NCBI GenBank assembly: GCA_003141715.1 | Contig: PLNF01000140.1 | Span: 27,427 to 91,426, forward strand | DNA from: Bacteroidales bacterium | GTDB lineage: Bacteria > Bacteroidota > Bacteroidia > Bacteroidales > VadinHA17 | DNA: 64,000 bases | Direction: 5' to 3' | Shown: one piece after another, positions 38,245 to 49,929 of the stretch | How positions within the stretch are numbered: the stretch's first letter is position 1 | Layout: each line of letters begins with the position of its first letter | Position numbers and translations under genes: made by a program | The notes under the pieces: generated by a model | What the model was told of the DNA's origin: nothing | Databases searched by the model: none | What the model saw: the letters and a program-made list of their open reading frames with translations, nothing else

Positions 38245-38380
38245 CAAAACGATGGTGACGAATTACATTGACACAATGAATTGTAAAAGTTTTGATATTG
38301 AAGACATTAATGAGAGGGGAAACAGAATAAAATAACCAGACTATAAATATTCCGTCATTTTGACCTGAAATCAAAGTAAG

Positions 38381-38860
38381 ATGTTAAAAGTCTTAATTTT
38401 AAATGCATTGCTTTTTTTTCATCCTGTGCATGTTACCCTGATAACTATTAACCAGGCTCAGGAAAGTGATACTCTGAAAGTATTTTTCAGAATGTACTAT
38501 GATGACTTCTTAAGGGACTATAAGTTGTATAACCCTGCTTTTAAACCTGAGAAAAATGGTGAAAATGAAAAAATTCCGGATGAACTGATCAAAAAGTATT
38601 TCAGCGACAGAGTTCAGATTTACATTAATCATAAGCTGCTTTCGGGCAGTCTGTCTAAGGTCTCAACAGACAGTTATGAAATCCGTCTTGACCTTCTTTA
38701 CCGATCAGATAAAAAGCCAAGGAATTTCAAAATCAGGAATCAGATTCTAATCAGCCTCTATAGTGACCAGTCTAATATGGTCTATTTGAATATAAACAAA
38801 TATGAGAATGCAATAAAGCTTACTGTTGATCACATTGAGGAAGAGCTCAAACTGAAGTGA
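38381..38860 (+). CDS. Hypothetical small secreted protein, paralog 2 (HPVHVT motif; resembles the Bacteroidota DUF6702-type family, from memory)
   Basis: 159 aa. The N-terminal hydrophobic segment is followed directly by HPVHVTLITINQAQESDTLKVFFRMYYDDF. Confidence 0.5.
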   Translation: MLKVLILNALLFFHPVHVTLITINQAQESDTLKVFFRMYYDDFLRDYKLYNPAFKPEKNGENEKIPDELIKKYFSDRVQIYINHKLLSGSLSKVSTDSYEIRLDLLYRSDKKPRNFKIRNQILISLYSDQSNMVYLNINKYENAIKLTVDHIEEELKLK

Positions 38861-38895
38861 AAAGATACATGTTCAGATAAAGGTGTTAAGTACAG

Positions 38896-38918
38896 AGGGA
38901 TTGCCTTCGGCGATCCCT
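38896..38918. terminator. Short hairpin between the paralog-2 stop and the tRNA 3' end
   Basis: AGGGATTGC-CTTCG-GCGATCCCT (9 bp including one G-U). Only a weak T-tract (TTATT) follows on the plus strand. Confidence 0.35.
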
Positions 38919-38922
38919 TATT

Positions 38923-39011
<89 letters not shown>

Positions 39012-39077
39012 TTATTAATGCAATGGGGTCAAAAAACAGGGGCGCAAAATACAAAAATATTTTTACAAAACTACCTC

Positions 39078-40112
39078 TCATGAGATTTCTCCTGCCAATG
39101 ACATATTCAGAGATTGTACAACTTTTTCCTTCGACGAATATCTTCCGAGCAGATGCATCAGCTTGGTAACAGATGCTTCCGATGTAATATCTCTTCCGCT
39201 AACCACTCCGGCAGCAAGCATCTGCCTGCTCGTTTCATATAATCCCATCTCAACACTTCCTCCATGACATTGAGTGACATTAAATATTATTCCCCCTTTA
39301 TCAATATATTGTTTCAGATCCTCTAAAAACCATTGATAAGTTGGTGCATTACCCGATCCGTACGTCTCAATTATAAGTCCCCGTAATCCCTCGGTTTTGG
39401 TAATTGCATCTACCAGTTTTCTGTTGAGGCCGGGGAAAAGTTTAAGAATGGCAACATTAGTATCAAATTCTTTATGAACAATAAGTTTCTGATCTTTATC
39501 CGGATAACTGATAAGATTATTATAATATTTTAAATGTAATCCAACTTCCGCAAGGGGATGATAGTTCGGAGAATAGAATGCATCGAAATGCTCTGCGCTC
39601 ATCTTGGTTGTACGGTTGCCACGGGTAAGTTTATTATCGAAAAAAATACAAACTTCCGGAACAGCCGGCAACCCATTTTCCATGGCTGCGGCTATCTCAA
39701 TTGCCGTTATCAGGTTTTCCCTTCCGTCTGTACGCAATAGGCCGATAGGCAATTGCGAACCGGTAAGTATAACAGGTTTCGCGAGGTTTTCCAGCATAAA
39801 GCTTAGTGCAGACGCAGTATATGCCATTGTATCAGTTCCATGAAGGATCACAAAACCATCAAAATCATCGTAGCTCTCTTCAATAATCTCGGCTATTTTA
39901 ATCCATACACCGGGATCAATATTTGAGGAATCTTTAACCGGATCAAAAGATATAGAGTGAAGATCATAGCCGAATTTACGAAGCTCCGGTACGTGATCTG
40001 AAATATGCCGGAAATCAATTGGGACCAGCGATCCGGTATTAGGATCGTGTACCATACCGATAGTTCCTCCGGTATAAATAATGAGTATGGAGATTTCCTT
40101 TTTATTTTTCAT
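39078..40112 (-). CDS. ansA: L-asparaginase, type I
   Basis: N-terminal ILIIYTGGTIGM and HGTDTMAYTASAL catalytic motifs; 344 aa. Confidence 0.9.
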   Translation of the reverse strand: MKNKKEISILIIYTGGTIGMVHDPNTGSLVPIDFRHISDHVPELRKFGYDLHSISFDPVKDSSNIDPGVWIKIAEIIEESYDDFDGFVILHGTDTMAYTASALSFMLENLAKPVILTGSQLPIGLLRTDGRENLITAIEIAAAMENGLPAVPEVCIFFDNKLTRGNRTTKMSAEHFDAFYSPNYHPLAEVGLHLKYYNNLISYPDKDQKLIVHKEFDTNVAILKLFPGLNRKLVDAITKTEGLRGLIIETYGSGNAPTYQWFLEDLKQYIDKGGIIFNVTQCHGGSVEMGLYETSRQMLAAGVVSGRDITSEASVTKLMHLLGRYSSKEKVVQSLNMSLAGEIS

Positions 40113-40887
40113 TTTTTTTCTGACAAATTGAAAAGCCTGACGGAATTTGAATATGTAATGGACGCTATCTCTTCTTCGCTCAATCCAAAAATATCAGCCA
40201 GTTTTTTATTTATGATGCAAATATATGAACTCTCATTTCTTTTTCCTCTGTACGGTGCAGGGGCAAGATATGGAGCATCAGTTTCAAGAATAAGGTTCTC
40301 AGTGCCAGTCTCTTTTACTATTTTATCCAGTCCGGAATTCTTAAATGTCACAATGCCACCAATCCCGAGTTTAAATCCCATATTAATAGCTCTATCCGCA
40401 TCTTTTAAGCTGCCGGAAAAGGCATGGAAAACGCCGGTTAATGGTTTTTCCTTAAATTCATCCAGCACTGAAAAAACCTCTGGAAATGCTTCTCTTGAGT
40501 GGATCACAACAGGTAACCCATTGTCTGACGCAAACGCAAGTTGTCTTCTGAAAGAAACGAGTTGTTCTTTCAGATAAGTTTTATCCCAATAGAGATCGAT
40601 TCCGATTTCCCCGATCGCAACAAATTTATGTTTTATGAACAGTTTTTCAAGATTATCAAGCTGTAAGAGATAATCCTTTTTGACCGATGTGGGATGAAGG
40701 CCTGTCATTGGATAACAGATACCCGGGTATCTGGTTACTGCAGAAAGCATCTGGTCAACAGACTGTATATCAATGTTTGGTAAAAGCATTTTTGAAATAC
40801 CGTTACCCACAGCCCTGTTTACCACTTCATCCCTGTCGGCATCGAATTCAGTTAGATAGAGATGTGTATGAGTATCAATAAACTGCA

Positions 40888-40888
<1 letters not shown>
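40109..40888 (-). CDS. TatD-family metal-dependent hydrolase
   Basis: MQFIDTHTHL start, internal GEIGIDLYW and HSREAF motifs. 4-nt overlap with ansA and 1-nt overlap with gdhA. Confidence 0.85.
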
Positions 40889-42243
<1,355 letters not shown>

Positions 42244-42271
42244 TTAAAGGTTAATTGGAGAGCTAAAAGTA

Positions 42272-42306
42272 TAAAAAAAAAAGGACAATGATATCATTGT
42301 CCTTTT
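42272..42306 (-). terminator. Intrinsic terminator after the BNR-repeat gene
   Basis: Minus strand reads AAGGACAATGATATCATTGTCCTT followed by a run of about 9 T (plus-strand A-run 42273-42282). Confidence 0.75.
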
Positions 42307-42324
42307 GCTCTATTCCGGGTTTAT

Positions 42325-45300
42325 TTACTTAATTATTTTTGGGATATCAGTCTTTATCATTGCATCAATTTTCGTTTTAAAATCCTTAACCTGTTTCTCA
42401 TAATTATCCAATGCCTTAATTTGCAGGTTAGTAGGTTTCCCGGCGTAACCTCCTACAGCACTGTAAACTTCAGCAATGTTTTCACGCAATCTCACCTGTC
42501 CGGTAATTCCACCTTCTCCGGCTTGAGTGGCTGATATCTGTCCATGCATTTTATCACAACTGGACATTAGTGCCTGGATTTTTTTCAGATTCGCACCTTT
42601 AAATGTTGAGGACTTTATTTTGAGTTCATCCCGCGTATTAAGTATAAGCTGATCAACTCCTGCAAGTTCTTCAAGCATGTTATATGCTTTCATCAGAGTC
42701 TCCCTCTGCAGTTTTCGGTCTTCTGCAGAATGTTTAAGCTCAGGATTATCATTAAGAGTAAGATTTGTGGCATTTGTTTCGTTACCCTTAACCAGCTTCA
42801 ATATATAAGTTCCTGCCAGATAATCAGGTCCAAATGCAGCCTCCCCAAGAATATTGGGTGATTTTGGGACTTTAGGCGGGTCCATCGATGTTGCCACCCT
42901 TACAACATTAATCCCTTTCCGGTTACCGGCAGGCAGCTTTTTAAGGAATTTGCCATCAGGATCATAAATATCAATATACATATCCCCAAACACATGCCGT
43001 TTCTTCAGATAATAACAGACAGTGGCAGCGGTTGTCGGATTAGGTCCTGTAAATTCAGCATCACCCGGATAGTCCTGACTGCCGGAACCAGATGGGAAAT
43101 AGTATGTCCGTGTGGGCAAAAATGCAAAATCCTGATCCATTACTGACTGTGTGAAACTTCTGATTGGAGTAAGGTCATCAATGATAATGATACCTCTTCC
43201 GTGAGTTGCAAGAACAAGATCATTTTGTTTAGTCTGGAAGGCCATATCATAAATGCCCGTTTGGGGGACTTTATTTTTAAACCTCACCCATGTTTTACCA
43301 TGATCAAGACTTGTGTATAAACCCATTTCAGTTCCCAGAAATATCAGGTTACTATTTACAGGATCTTGTTTTATGACATGACAAAATCCTTTAATATCGC
43401 TGGTTCCCAATGATGTCCATGTTTTTCCAAGATCATTTGTATAATAGACATAAGGATTCATATCACCGTTTCTATGGGCATCAACAGTTATCCATGCTCC
43501 GTTCTTGTCAAAGTTATCAGCATCAATATGTGAAATAAATGCCAGAACAGGTAATCCCTGGATATTACCATTGAGCTTCGACCAGCTCTTTCCCCCGTCA
43601 GTTGTAAGCTGGATATTTCCATCATCGGTCCCGGCCCATACAATATTTTCATCAAGAGGAGATTCGCATAAAGAATAAATAGTGGTATTGTTTTCTGCTG
43701 TACTGTTATCAATTGTCAACCCTCCCGATTTCTCCTGCATCTGCCTGAGAGGATTATTGGTGGTCAGATCAGGTGAAATTCTTTCAAACAAATCACCTTT
43801 ATCTTTTGAACGGTACAGGTATTGTGACCCGACATATAACCATCCTGATTTTTTGCCGAAGACAGTCGGAGTATTCCAGTTAAATCTCAGATCTTCAGTG
43901 CCTTCTTCTGGAAATGGTTTCAGGTACTTGCTTTCTCCGGTACGTTGATTGGTCCGGTTTATTCTTCCTCCCTGGTACTGCGAGTAGGTTACATCAGGAT
44001 CGGAAACATCGCAATAAGCATAGAATCCATCTCCATAGCCTATATTTTTCCAGTCAGAATTTCTTATGCCCCCGGGTTTTTTTGATGGCCCCATCCAGGA
44101 ACCATTATCCTGCAAACCACCATAGACATTGTATGGATCCTTATTATCTACACTTACGTGATAAAATTGTGAAACCGGCAGGCACTGAACAAAGCGCCAG
44201 GTGTTTCCCTTATCTGCCGAAATATAAACACCTCCGTCTGTTCCCAGATATATGAGGCGATTGTTTATCGGGCTTACCCAGAGGGCATGGGTGTCGCTGT
44301 GATAGTTACCTCCTTCAATTGAAGGAGACTGAAACAGCTTGCCTCCGTTTGAACTTACCCACAAAGAGGTACCGGGTTTGTAGATGCGATCCGAATCCCG
44401 TGGATCTGGTACAATTAAACTAAAATAAAAAGGTCTGTCTCCCATCATTATCTGGTCACTCATTTTCTCCCAGGAGGATCCCTGGTTGGTGGAACGGTAC
44501 AGAGCTGATTTTTTTGATTCAACCAGTGCGTACAGGTAATGAGGTTTGACCGGAGATATGGCAATTGCAATTCTGCCTAGAGTATCTGCAGGCAATCCGT
44601 TCTGTATCTTATTCCAAGTTGTTCCGCTGTCAGTGGATTTATAAAGCCCGCTTCCTGGTCCTCCTGATCTGAAGGTATATGCCTTGCGCCTGAAATCCCA
44701 CATTGATGCATATACCACTGAAGGATTTTCGGGATCCATAGCCATATCGGCACAACCGGTTGATAGATTGACATATAGCAGTTTGTTCCATGTCTTTCCT
44801 CCATTAGTAGTTTTATATACACCTCTCTCCTGGCTATCACCCCATAATGCACCGGTTACAGCTGCATAAACAATATCAGGATTGGAAGGATCGATGAGAA
44901 TACGACCAATGCGCTCACTGTTTGGAAGTCCCATGAACGCCCATTTTTCTCCTCCATTGGTTGTTTTATAGACACCTGTTCCGATGGATACACTGTTGCG
45001 TGTCCATACTTCACCCGTCCCGACCCATACTGTATCAGGGTGGTTTTGATCAACAGCAATTGTTCCTACTGACTGACTGTATTCATCAAAAACATCTTTA
45101 AAAGTAGTTCCCTGATTGATAGATTTCCAGACTCCACCTCCGGCTGCACCAACCCAGACAACATCAGGGTTTTTATTTACAGCATCAATGCATGAGATGC
45201 GTCCGCTCATTCTGGCAGGACCAATCTTTCTGCCTTCAATGTCGCCGAATGTTGCATCGGTTATCTGTCCATGAAGTGAAGATATGCAGGCCAGAAAGAA

Positions 45301-45330
45301 AATGGCTAAGTTTATAAGCTTTAATTTCAT
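42325..45330 (-). CDS. Secreted BNR/Asp-box repeat protein (sortilin/VPS10-like beta-propeller)
   Basis: 1001 aa with a signal peptide. Many Asp-box motifs (TTNGGEKW, TTNGGKTW, STDSGTTW, STNQGSSW, SADKGNTW, TTDGGKSW, TNDLGKTW, SLDHGKTW). Confidence 0.8.
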   Translation of the reverse strand: MKLKLINLAIFFLACISSLHGQITDATFGDIEGRKIGPARMSGRISCIDAVNKNPDVVWVGAAGGGVWKSINQGTTFKDVFDEYSQSVGTIAVDQNHPDTVWVGTGEVWTRNSVSIGTGVYKTTNGGEKWAFMGLPNSERIGRILIDPSNPDIVYAAVTGALWGDSQERGVYKTTNGGKTWNKLLYVNLSTGCADMAMDPENPSVVYASMWDFRRKAYTFRSGGPGSGLYKSTDSGTTWNKIQNGLPADTLGRIAIAISPVKPHYLYALVESKKSALYRSTNQGSSWEKMSDQIMMGDRPFYFSLIVPDPRDSDRIYKPGTSLWVSSNGGKLFQSPSIEGGNYHSDTHALWVSPINNRLIYLGTDGGVYISADKGNTWRFVQCLPVSQFYHVSVDNKDPYNVYGGLQDNGSWMGPSKKPGGIRNSDWKNIGYGDGFYAYCDVSDPDVTYSQYQGGRINRTNQRTGESKYLKPFPEEGTEDLRFNWNTPTVFGKKSGWLYVGSQYLYRSKDKGDLFERISPDLTTNNPLRQMQEKSGGLTIDNSTAENNTTIYSLCESPLDENIVWAGTDDGNIQLTTDGGKSWSKLNGNIQGLPVLAFISHIDADNFDKNGAWITVDAHRNGDMNPYVYYTNDLGKTWTSLGTSDIKGFCHVIKQDPVNSNLIFLGTEMGLYTSLDHGKTWVRFKNKVPQTGIYDMAFQTKQNDLVLATHGRGIIIIDDLTPIRSFTQSVMDQDFAFLPTRTYYFPSGSGSQDYPGDAEFTGPNPTTAATVCYYLKKRHVFGDMYIDIYDPDGKFLKKLPAGNRKGINVVRVATSMDPPKVPKSPNILGEAAFGPDYLAGTYILKLVKGNETNATNLTLNDNPELKHSAEDRKLQRETLMKAYNMLEELAGVDQLILNTRDELKIKSSTFKGANLKKIQALMSSCDKMHGQISATQAGEGGITGQVRLRENIAEVYSAVGGYAGKPTNLQIKALDNYEKQVKDFKTKIDAMIKTDIPKIIK

Positions 45331-45362
45331 AATCTTAAGATAGGGGAGTTTAATGAATGACC

Positions 45363-46088
45363 TTAAAGTTTTTTTGCTGGTTTTTCAAACAGGCTGTCAG
45401 GCAGTACCATATTCAGGTCCAACGTATCAATTACTATCGTACCCATCAGCTGATCATGAACTTTATTTTCAACTTTCCCCGGGACGGCCATGCCGTGGAT
45501 CTGCATGTAGTTACTATAATAAGAATCCGCCTCTGACTCATTTCCCATAATCTTAATTTTAGAATTGGTCCTCAGCATTATATATGAATCAGAATCAATG
45601 TAATAGGTGAAAGTATCACCCTCTTCAGTGACAACTTTAATCTTATGACACGAGGTACCTTGCATATCTTCTTTTCCTTCATACGTGACGGTATAACCTT
45701 TGTTTTTCCAATTCCAGAGCATACCATCCATATCCGCCTGGTATTTCATGGTTTTAAGTTCATCTTCAGACATAGGCTGAGGATCTGTTGCACCTGTAAA
45801 AGGATTGAGACTCCATCCCTCTTTGCCATTATAGGTCTGAACAAAGGTCAAATCCTGAAATGTTCCCTGCACGCGCATTTTATCAGGTCGTTTGGCCATC
45901 TGAATAATAGGAATTTCAACACCGCCCTGAACCATCTTACCTTTAAGTCTTTGGGTATTAACTTTTAATAGACTGTCCTGCCCAATGGCAGAAAAGTGAT
46001 CTTTAAGAATATCATCTAAAGATTGAGCCTGTACCAGATTTGAGGTAACCAGTAGTAAAACTGATAAAATTTTTAAAATGTTTTTCAT
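45363..46088 (-). CDS. LolA-fold / outer-membrane lipoprotein-sorting-like protein
   Basis: ATG 46086-46088 gives the signal peptide MKNILKILSVLLLVTSNLVQAQ. About 240 aa and beta-rich, as in LolA-like domains. The assignment is tentative. Confidence 0.5.
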   Translation of the reverse strand: MKNILKILSVLLLVTSNLVQAQSLDDILKDHFSAIGQDSLLKVNTQRLKGKMVQGGVEIPIIQMAKRPDKMRVQGTFQDLTFVQTYNGKEGWSLNPFTGATDPQPMSEDELKTMKYQADMDGMLWNWKNKGYTVTYEGKEDMQGTSCHKIKVVTEEGDTFTYYIDSDSYIMLRTNSKIKIMGNESEADSYYSNYMQIHGMAVPGKVENKVHDQLMGTIVIDTLDLNMVLPDSLFEKPAKKL

Positions 46089-46160
46089 AAAGTTAGAATT
46101 TATTAGAATTAATATTTCCAAGTTATTAGTTTTTGGGGAATTAAGCAAGTAAAAATAAAC

Positions 46161-47267
46161 TCAATTAATCCGATACAAATTTCCGGGTGAGCACTTCAAT
46201 AGTCCTTTGAACTCCATTTGGAGAAGAAGAGATGATAATTTATAAACCGGAATATCGAGTGACCTGCAAATTGTATCAATAGTCAGTTCCCCTTGTTTTG
46301 AAAGCAATTCAAATATAATCTTTTCAGTCTCATCAAGCTCGGAAAATAGTGTTCTCTGTATAATAGGCTTTGACTTTTCAGGTTTCCAGTTAAGGAAGTA
46401 TTCAATATCATCAGAACATTCGGTAAGAAATGCTTTGTTACTCCTGATCAGGCTGTTGCAACCGGCAGACCATTGATCATCCGGCCGTCCCGGTACGGCA
46501 AAAACATCACGGTTATACGAGTTTGCAATGTCCGCCGTTATCAGTGCACCTCCTTTAATTCCCGATTCGACAACAAGTGTTGCATCTGAAAGTCCGGCAA
46601 TAATACGGTTTCTTTTCAGGAAATTATTGCGTTCCGGTAGTGCATCTGAGAGGAAGTCGGTCACAAGGCCACCTTTGTCCAACATTGCCTTTGCAGTTGA
46701 AGCATGAATGGCAGGATAGGTGGTCTTAAATCCATGAGCCAGGACACCAATTGTCAGCAGGTTATTGGCGAGAGCTGCTTTATGTGAAGCGATATCAATT
46801 CCGTAAGCCAGACCGCTGACTATTATAAGGTCAGGATGACCCACTGCCAGTCCTTCAATGATCTTTTCACACAATTCTCTTCCCCGTATAGTGGCATTTC
46901 GTGTGCCAACTACACTTAAAATTTTTGAAGCATCCAGATTACAGTTACCCTTGAAGAAAAACACAACTGGTGAATCATCACATTGTCTGAGTCTGAATGG
47001 ATAATCATTATCGAGATAAAAGTGGGTTCTGATATTGTTCTTCGTTACATATTCCGCCTCTTTTTCCGCAACATCGAGATATGCTCTGTCACTTATGTAT
47101 TTTGCAATACCTGAGCCGATCCCTGGTATTTTGATGAGATTTCTGTACGGTTCATGAAATATTGCTTCAACGCTTCCAAAATGCGAAACCAGTTTTCGGG
47201 CATTAATATCCCCGATACGCGGGATCAGACCTAAAGCAATTTTATGCTTAAGCGGCACCTCTGACAT
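46161..47267 (-). CDS. dprA: DNA-processing protein DprA (Smf)
   Basis: The ORF-track start is TTG 47291; ATG 47265-47267 (MSEVPLKHKIALG...) is preferred. Rossmann-like core with SGLAYGIDIASHKAAL and a C-terminal winged-helix-like tail. Confidence 0.85.
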   Translation of the reverse strand: MSEVPLKHKIALGLIPRIGDINARKLVSHFGSVEAIFHEPYRNLIKIPGIGSGIAKYISDRAYLDVAEKEAEYVTKNNIRTHFYLDNDYPFRLRQCDDSPVVFFFKGNCNLDASKILSVVGTRNATIRGRELCEKIIEGLAVGHPDLIIVSGLAYGIDIASHKAALANNLLTIGVLAHGFKTTYPAIHASTAKAMLDKGGLVTDFLSDALPERNNFLKRNRIIAGLSDATLVVESGIKGGALITADIANSYNRDVFAVPGRPDDQWSAGCNSLIRSNKAFLTECSDDIEYFLNWKPEKSKPIIQRTLFSELDETEKIIFELLSKQGELTIDTICRSLDIPVYKLSSLLLQMEFKGLLKCSPGNLYRIN

Positions 47268-47310
47268 AGCACAAGAAATTGAGACATACAAATATAATAA
47301 AATATTTTTT

Positions 47311-47423
47311 GCCCCCCAACCTCCCTCAAGAGGGGCTAATTTTCACTTGACGGGTTACTTGTTAAATTATACGGATTTAGGCCCCCTTCAGCGGGCAGGC
47401 CCCGCTTAGCAGGGCCGGGGGTG
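47311..47423 (-). repeat. GC-rich composite hairpin element (same family as 19919-20054)
   Basis: On the minus strand it begins immediately after the GDH stop (47424) and reads ...GGGGCCTGCCCGCTGAAGGGGGCC, then an AT-rich spacer, then AAAATTAGCCCCTCTTGAGGGAGGTTGGGGGGC followed by AAAAAA. Confidence 0.6.
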
Positions 47424-48761
47424 TTAGATCACCCCCATATCAAGCATTGAATTTGCAACTTTCAGGAATCCTGCAATATTGGCGCCCTTCACATAATCAA
47501 CATAGCCATTTTCCCCTTTGCCATGGTTAACACACTGGCCATGGATATTGCACATAATTTCATGTAACCGGCCATCAACCTCCTGACTGTTCCAGCGAAG
47601 CTTCATTGAGTTCTGGGTCATTTCCAGTCCTGATGTGGCAACTCCACCCGCATTTACTGCTTTACCAGGAGCAAATAAAATATTATGTTTATGAAACTCC
47701 TCGACAGCTTCAGGAGTACAACCCATATTTGATACTTCAGCTACAAGGATAACACTGTTTTTGATCAATTTTCTCGCATCTTCACCGGTAAGTTCATTCT
47801 GAGTTGCACAAGGGAGTGCTATATCAACTTTAACATCCCATGGGCGTTTCCCTTCATGAAATTCAACTCCTTCGAATGCATATGAATAAGGTTTTACAAT
47901 ATCTTCATTGGAAGAACGAAGTTCAAGCATAAAATCAATTTTCTTTCCCGAAATACCTGCCGGATCATAAATATAACCATCAGGACCTGAGATAGTAACA
48001 ACTTTTCCTCCAAGTTCGGTGGCTTTAAGAGCAGCACCCCAGGCTACATTGCCAAATCCTGATATTGAAATTGTTTTACCCTTAAGTGTTTCATTTTTTG
48101 TAGCCAGCATTTCCTTGGCAAAATAGATCCCGCCAAAACCGGTAGCTTCGGGACGTATAAGAGAGCCTCCCCAGTTACTTCCCTTTCCTGTTAAAACGCC
48201 AGTATGTTCACCGGCAAGTCGTTTGTACATGCCATATAAGAAGCCTATTTCACGTCCGCCAACTCCAATATCTCCTGCCGGAACATCAGTTTCCGGACCG
48301 ATGTATTTCCACAGTTCAAGCATAAATGACTGGCAGAAACGCATTACCTCGGCATTAGATTTTCCTTTCGGATTAAAATCAGAACCACCTTTGGCACCTC
48401 CCATGGGAAGAGTTGTAAGCGCATTCTTGAAGATCTGCTCAAATCCGAGGAACTTCAGAATTGAAAGGTTAACACTTGGGTGGAAGCGCAGACCTCCCTT
48501 GTATGGGCCTATTGCGTTATTGAACTGAATACGGTAACCAAGATTTACCTTTACATTTCCTTCATCATCAACCCATGGAACTTTAAAAGTAATAGCTCGG
48601 TCAGGCTCAATAATACGCTCAATAATATTAGCGGATTCAAACTGCGGGTTTTCGTTATAAACCTCTTCGATGGACTCCAGTACCTCTCTTACTGCCTGTA
48701 AATACTCAACCTCTCCGGGATGCTTTTTCTCGAGGTTGTTCATGATTTTATCTACATTCAT
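47424..48761 (-). CDS. Glutamate dehydrogenase, NAD-type signature (second paralog)
   Basis: Same catalytic motifs ([28 protein letters not shown]). The dinucleotide fold SGFGNVAWGAALK...VVTISGPDGYIYDP resembles the NAD-specific clostridial/Bacteroides GdhB type. Confidence 0.85.
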   Translation of the reverse strand: MNVDKIMNNLEKKHPGEVEYLQAVREVLESIEEVYNENPQFESANIIERIIEPDRAITFKVPWVDDEGNVKVNLGYRIQFNNAIGPYKGGLRFHPSVNLSILKFLGFEQIFKNALTTLPMGGAKGGSDFNPKGKSNAEVMRFCQSFMLELWKYIGPETDVPAGDIGVGGREIGFLYGMYKRLAGEHTGVLTGKGSNWGGSLIRPEATGFGGIYFAKEMLATKNETLKGKTISISGFGNVAWGAALKATELGGKVVTISGPDGYIYDPAGISGKKIDFMLELRSSNEDIVKPYSYAFEGVEFHEGKRPWDVKVDIALPCATQNELTGEDARKLIKNSVILVAEVSNMGCTPEAVEEFHKHNILFAPGKAVNAGGVATSGLEMTQNSMKLRWNSQEVDGRLHEIMCNIHGQCVNHGKGENGYVDYVKGANIAGFLKVANSMLDMGVI

Positions 48762-48866
48762 TATTTTAATTTTTAGTTATGATTTAGTCTATAAATAAGT
48801 GATTCAAATTTGAGATTGTTTCAATTCATTTAAAATGATAAATCTCATGTTATCAGATGATAACCT

Positions 48867-49349
48867 TCACATGGGAGGGGCGTACAGGTTTAACGATTTA
48901 ATGACTTTTCCCTTCTCTTCCTGAGTCAGGGCACTAATATAAACAGGTGGATACTTAGCAACGCCTCCCTGTACCTTCTGAAGAAGGTTGATACTTTGTA
49001 TAAAACCAAAAAACCTGGTTTCAATTTTATAACCTGAAAATGATATTTTATTTATTTCGACAGAGTTCTTCTTTCCACCAACTATACTGGCTGTAAAGTA
49101 TCTGAAAATTATAAAATCTCCTTCATCAGAGTAGCTGATAAACTGATAGTTTAAAACCATAGGCATAAAAGCAAGAATGAACCAGATTCCCATAAGTATT
49201 ATAGTCCAGGCAGTATCATCCATATTAAGGAGAGGAAATTTTATCAGCTTAACTACATATGCAAGAGCCAGGTAAGCCAATAACACAACAGTTACTCCGA
49301 AGAGTTTTATTCTGAGACTAATTATTGTCCTGCTGTTATCGAAAGTCAT
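48867..49349 (-). CDS. Hypothetical membrane protein (two TM helices plus a small soluble domain)
   Basis: 160 aa. Hydrophobic segments LFGVTVVLLAYLALAYVV and WTIILMGIWFILAFMPMVL. I recognise no family. Confidence 0.45.
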   Translation of the reverse strand: MTFDNSRTIISLRIKLFGVTVVLLAYLALAYVVKLIKFPLLNMDDTAWTIILMGIWFILAFMPMVLNYQFISYSDEGDFIIFRYFTASIVGGKKNSVEINKISFSGYKIETRFFGFIQSINLLQKVQGGVAKYPPVYISALTQEEKGKVIKSLNLYAPPM

Positions 49350-49382
49350 ATGGAATATTTTATATAAAATTAATACTTTTTC

Positions 49383-49826
49383 TTAACCACGCCGGCTTTT
49401 AAAAAATCGCAACAGAAGTTCCCTGCATTCTTTCTCCAGTACTCCCGATTCAACACTGGTTTTAGGGGGTAGTAATGAATCAGATATGGTTCTGTATCCT
49501 TTCTTCTTATCTGCAGCTCCAAAAACAAGAGATGAGGCCTGGCTCCAGCCAATAGCTCCGGCACACATTGCACATGGCTCGAGAGTCACATAAATGGTAC
49601 AATCTGCAAGATATTTACCTCCAAGCCAGTTTGTGGCAGCTGTAATAGCCTGCATTTCAGCATGAGCAGTAGGATCTTTAAGGGTTTCCGTAAGATTATG
49701 AGCCCTGGCAATAATCATATCGTTACATACCACTACAGCACCGACAGGGACCTCCTGTTTGTCAAAAGCTTTGTTTGCTTCAGCGAGGGCTGCTCTCATG
49801 TAATGCTCTTTATTGTCATTGATCAT
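49383..49826 (-). CDS. tadA: tRNA adenosine(34) deaminase
   Basis: CDA zinc motifs HAEMQAI and PCAMCAGA; 147 aa. Confidence 0.9.
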   Translation of the reverse strand: MINDNKEHYMRAALAEANKAFDKQEVPVGAVVVCNDMIIARAHNLTETLKDPTAHAEMQAITAATNWLGGKYLADCTIYVTLEPCAMCAGAIGWSQASSLVFGAADKKKGYRTISDSLLPPKTSVESGVLEKECRELLLRFFKSRRG

Positions 49827-49929
49827 TTTGAATGATTTTGATCTATAAATGTATAAAGATTATTGGGAATAATGTTTCTCTCTTCAATATGATAATTTTC
49901 TTACTTTTGCTGAAACCAATAATAAAGAA

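Noticed and set aside
40005-40577. 190-aa ORF antisense to ansA/tatD, and similar long shadow ORFs (12125-12526, 14459-14743, 41099-41431, 43914-44255, 45645-45968, 57717-58094, 61648-62076, 63295-63687)
   Set aside because: All lie opposite strongly supported genes, have low-complexity or unrecognisable sequence and no independent support. They are typical antisense shadow ORFs.
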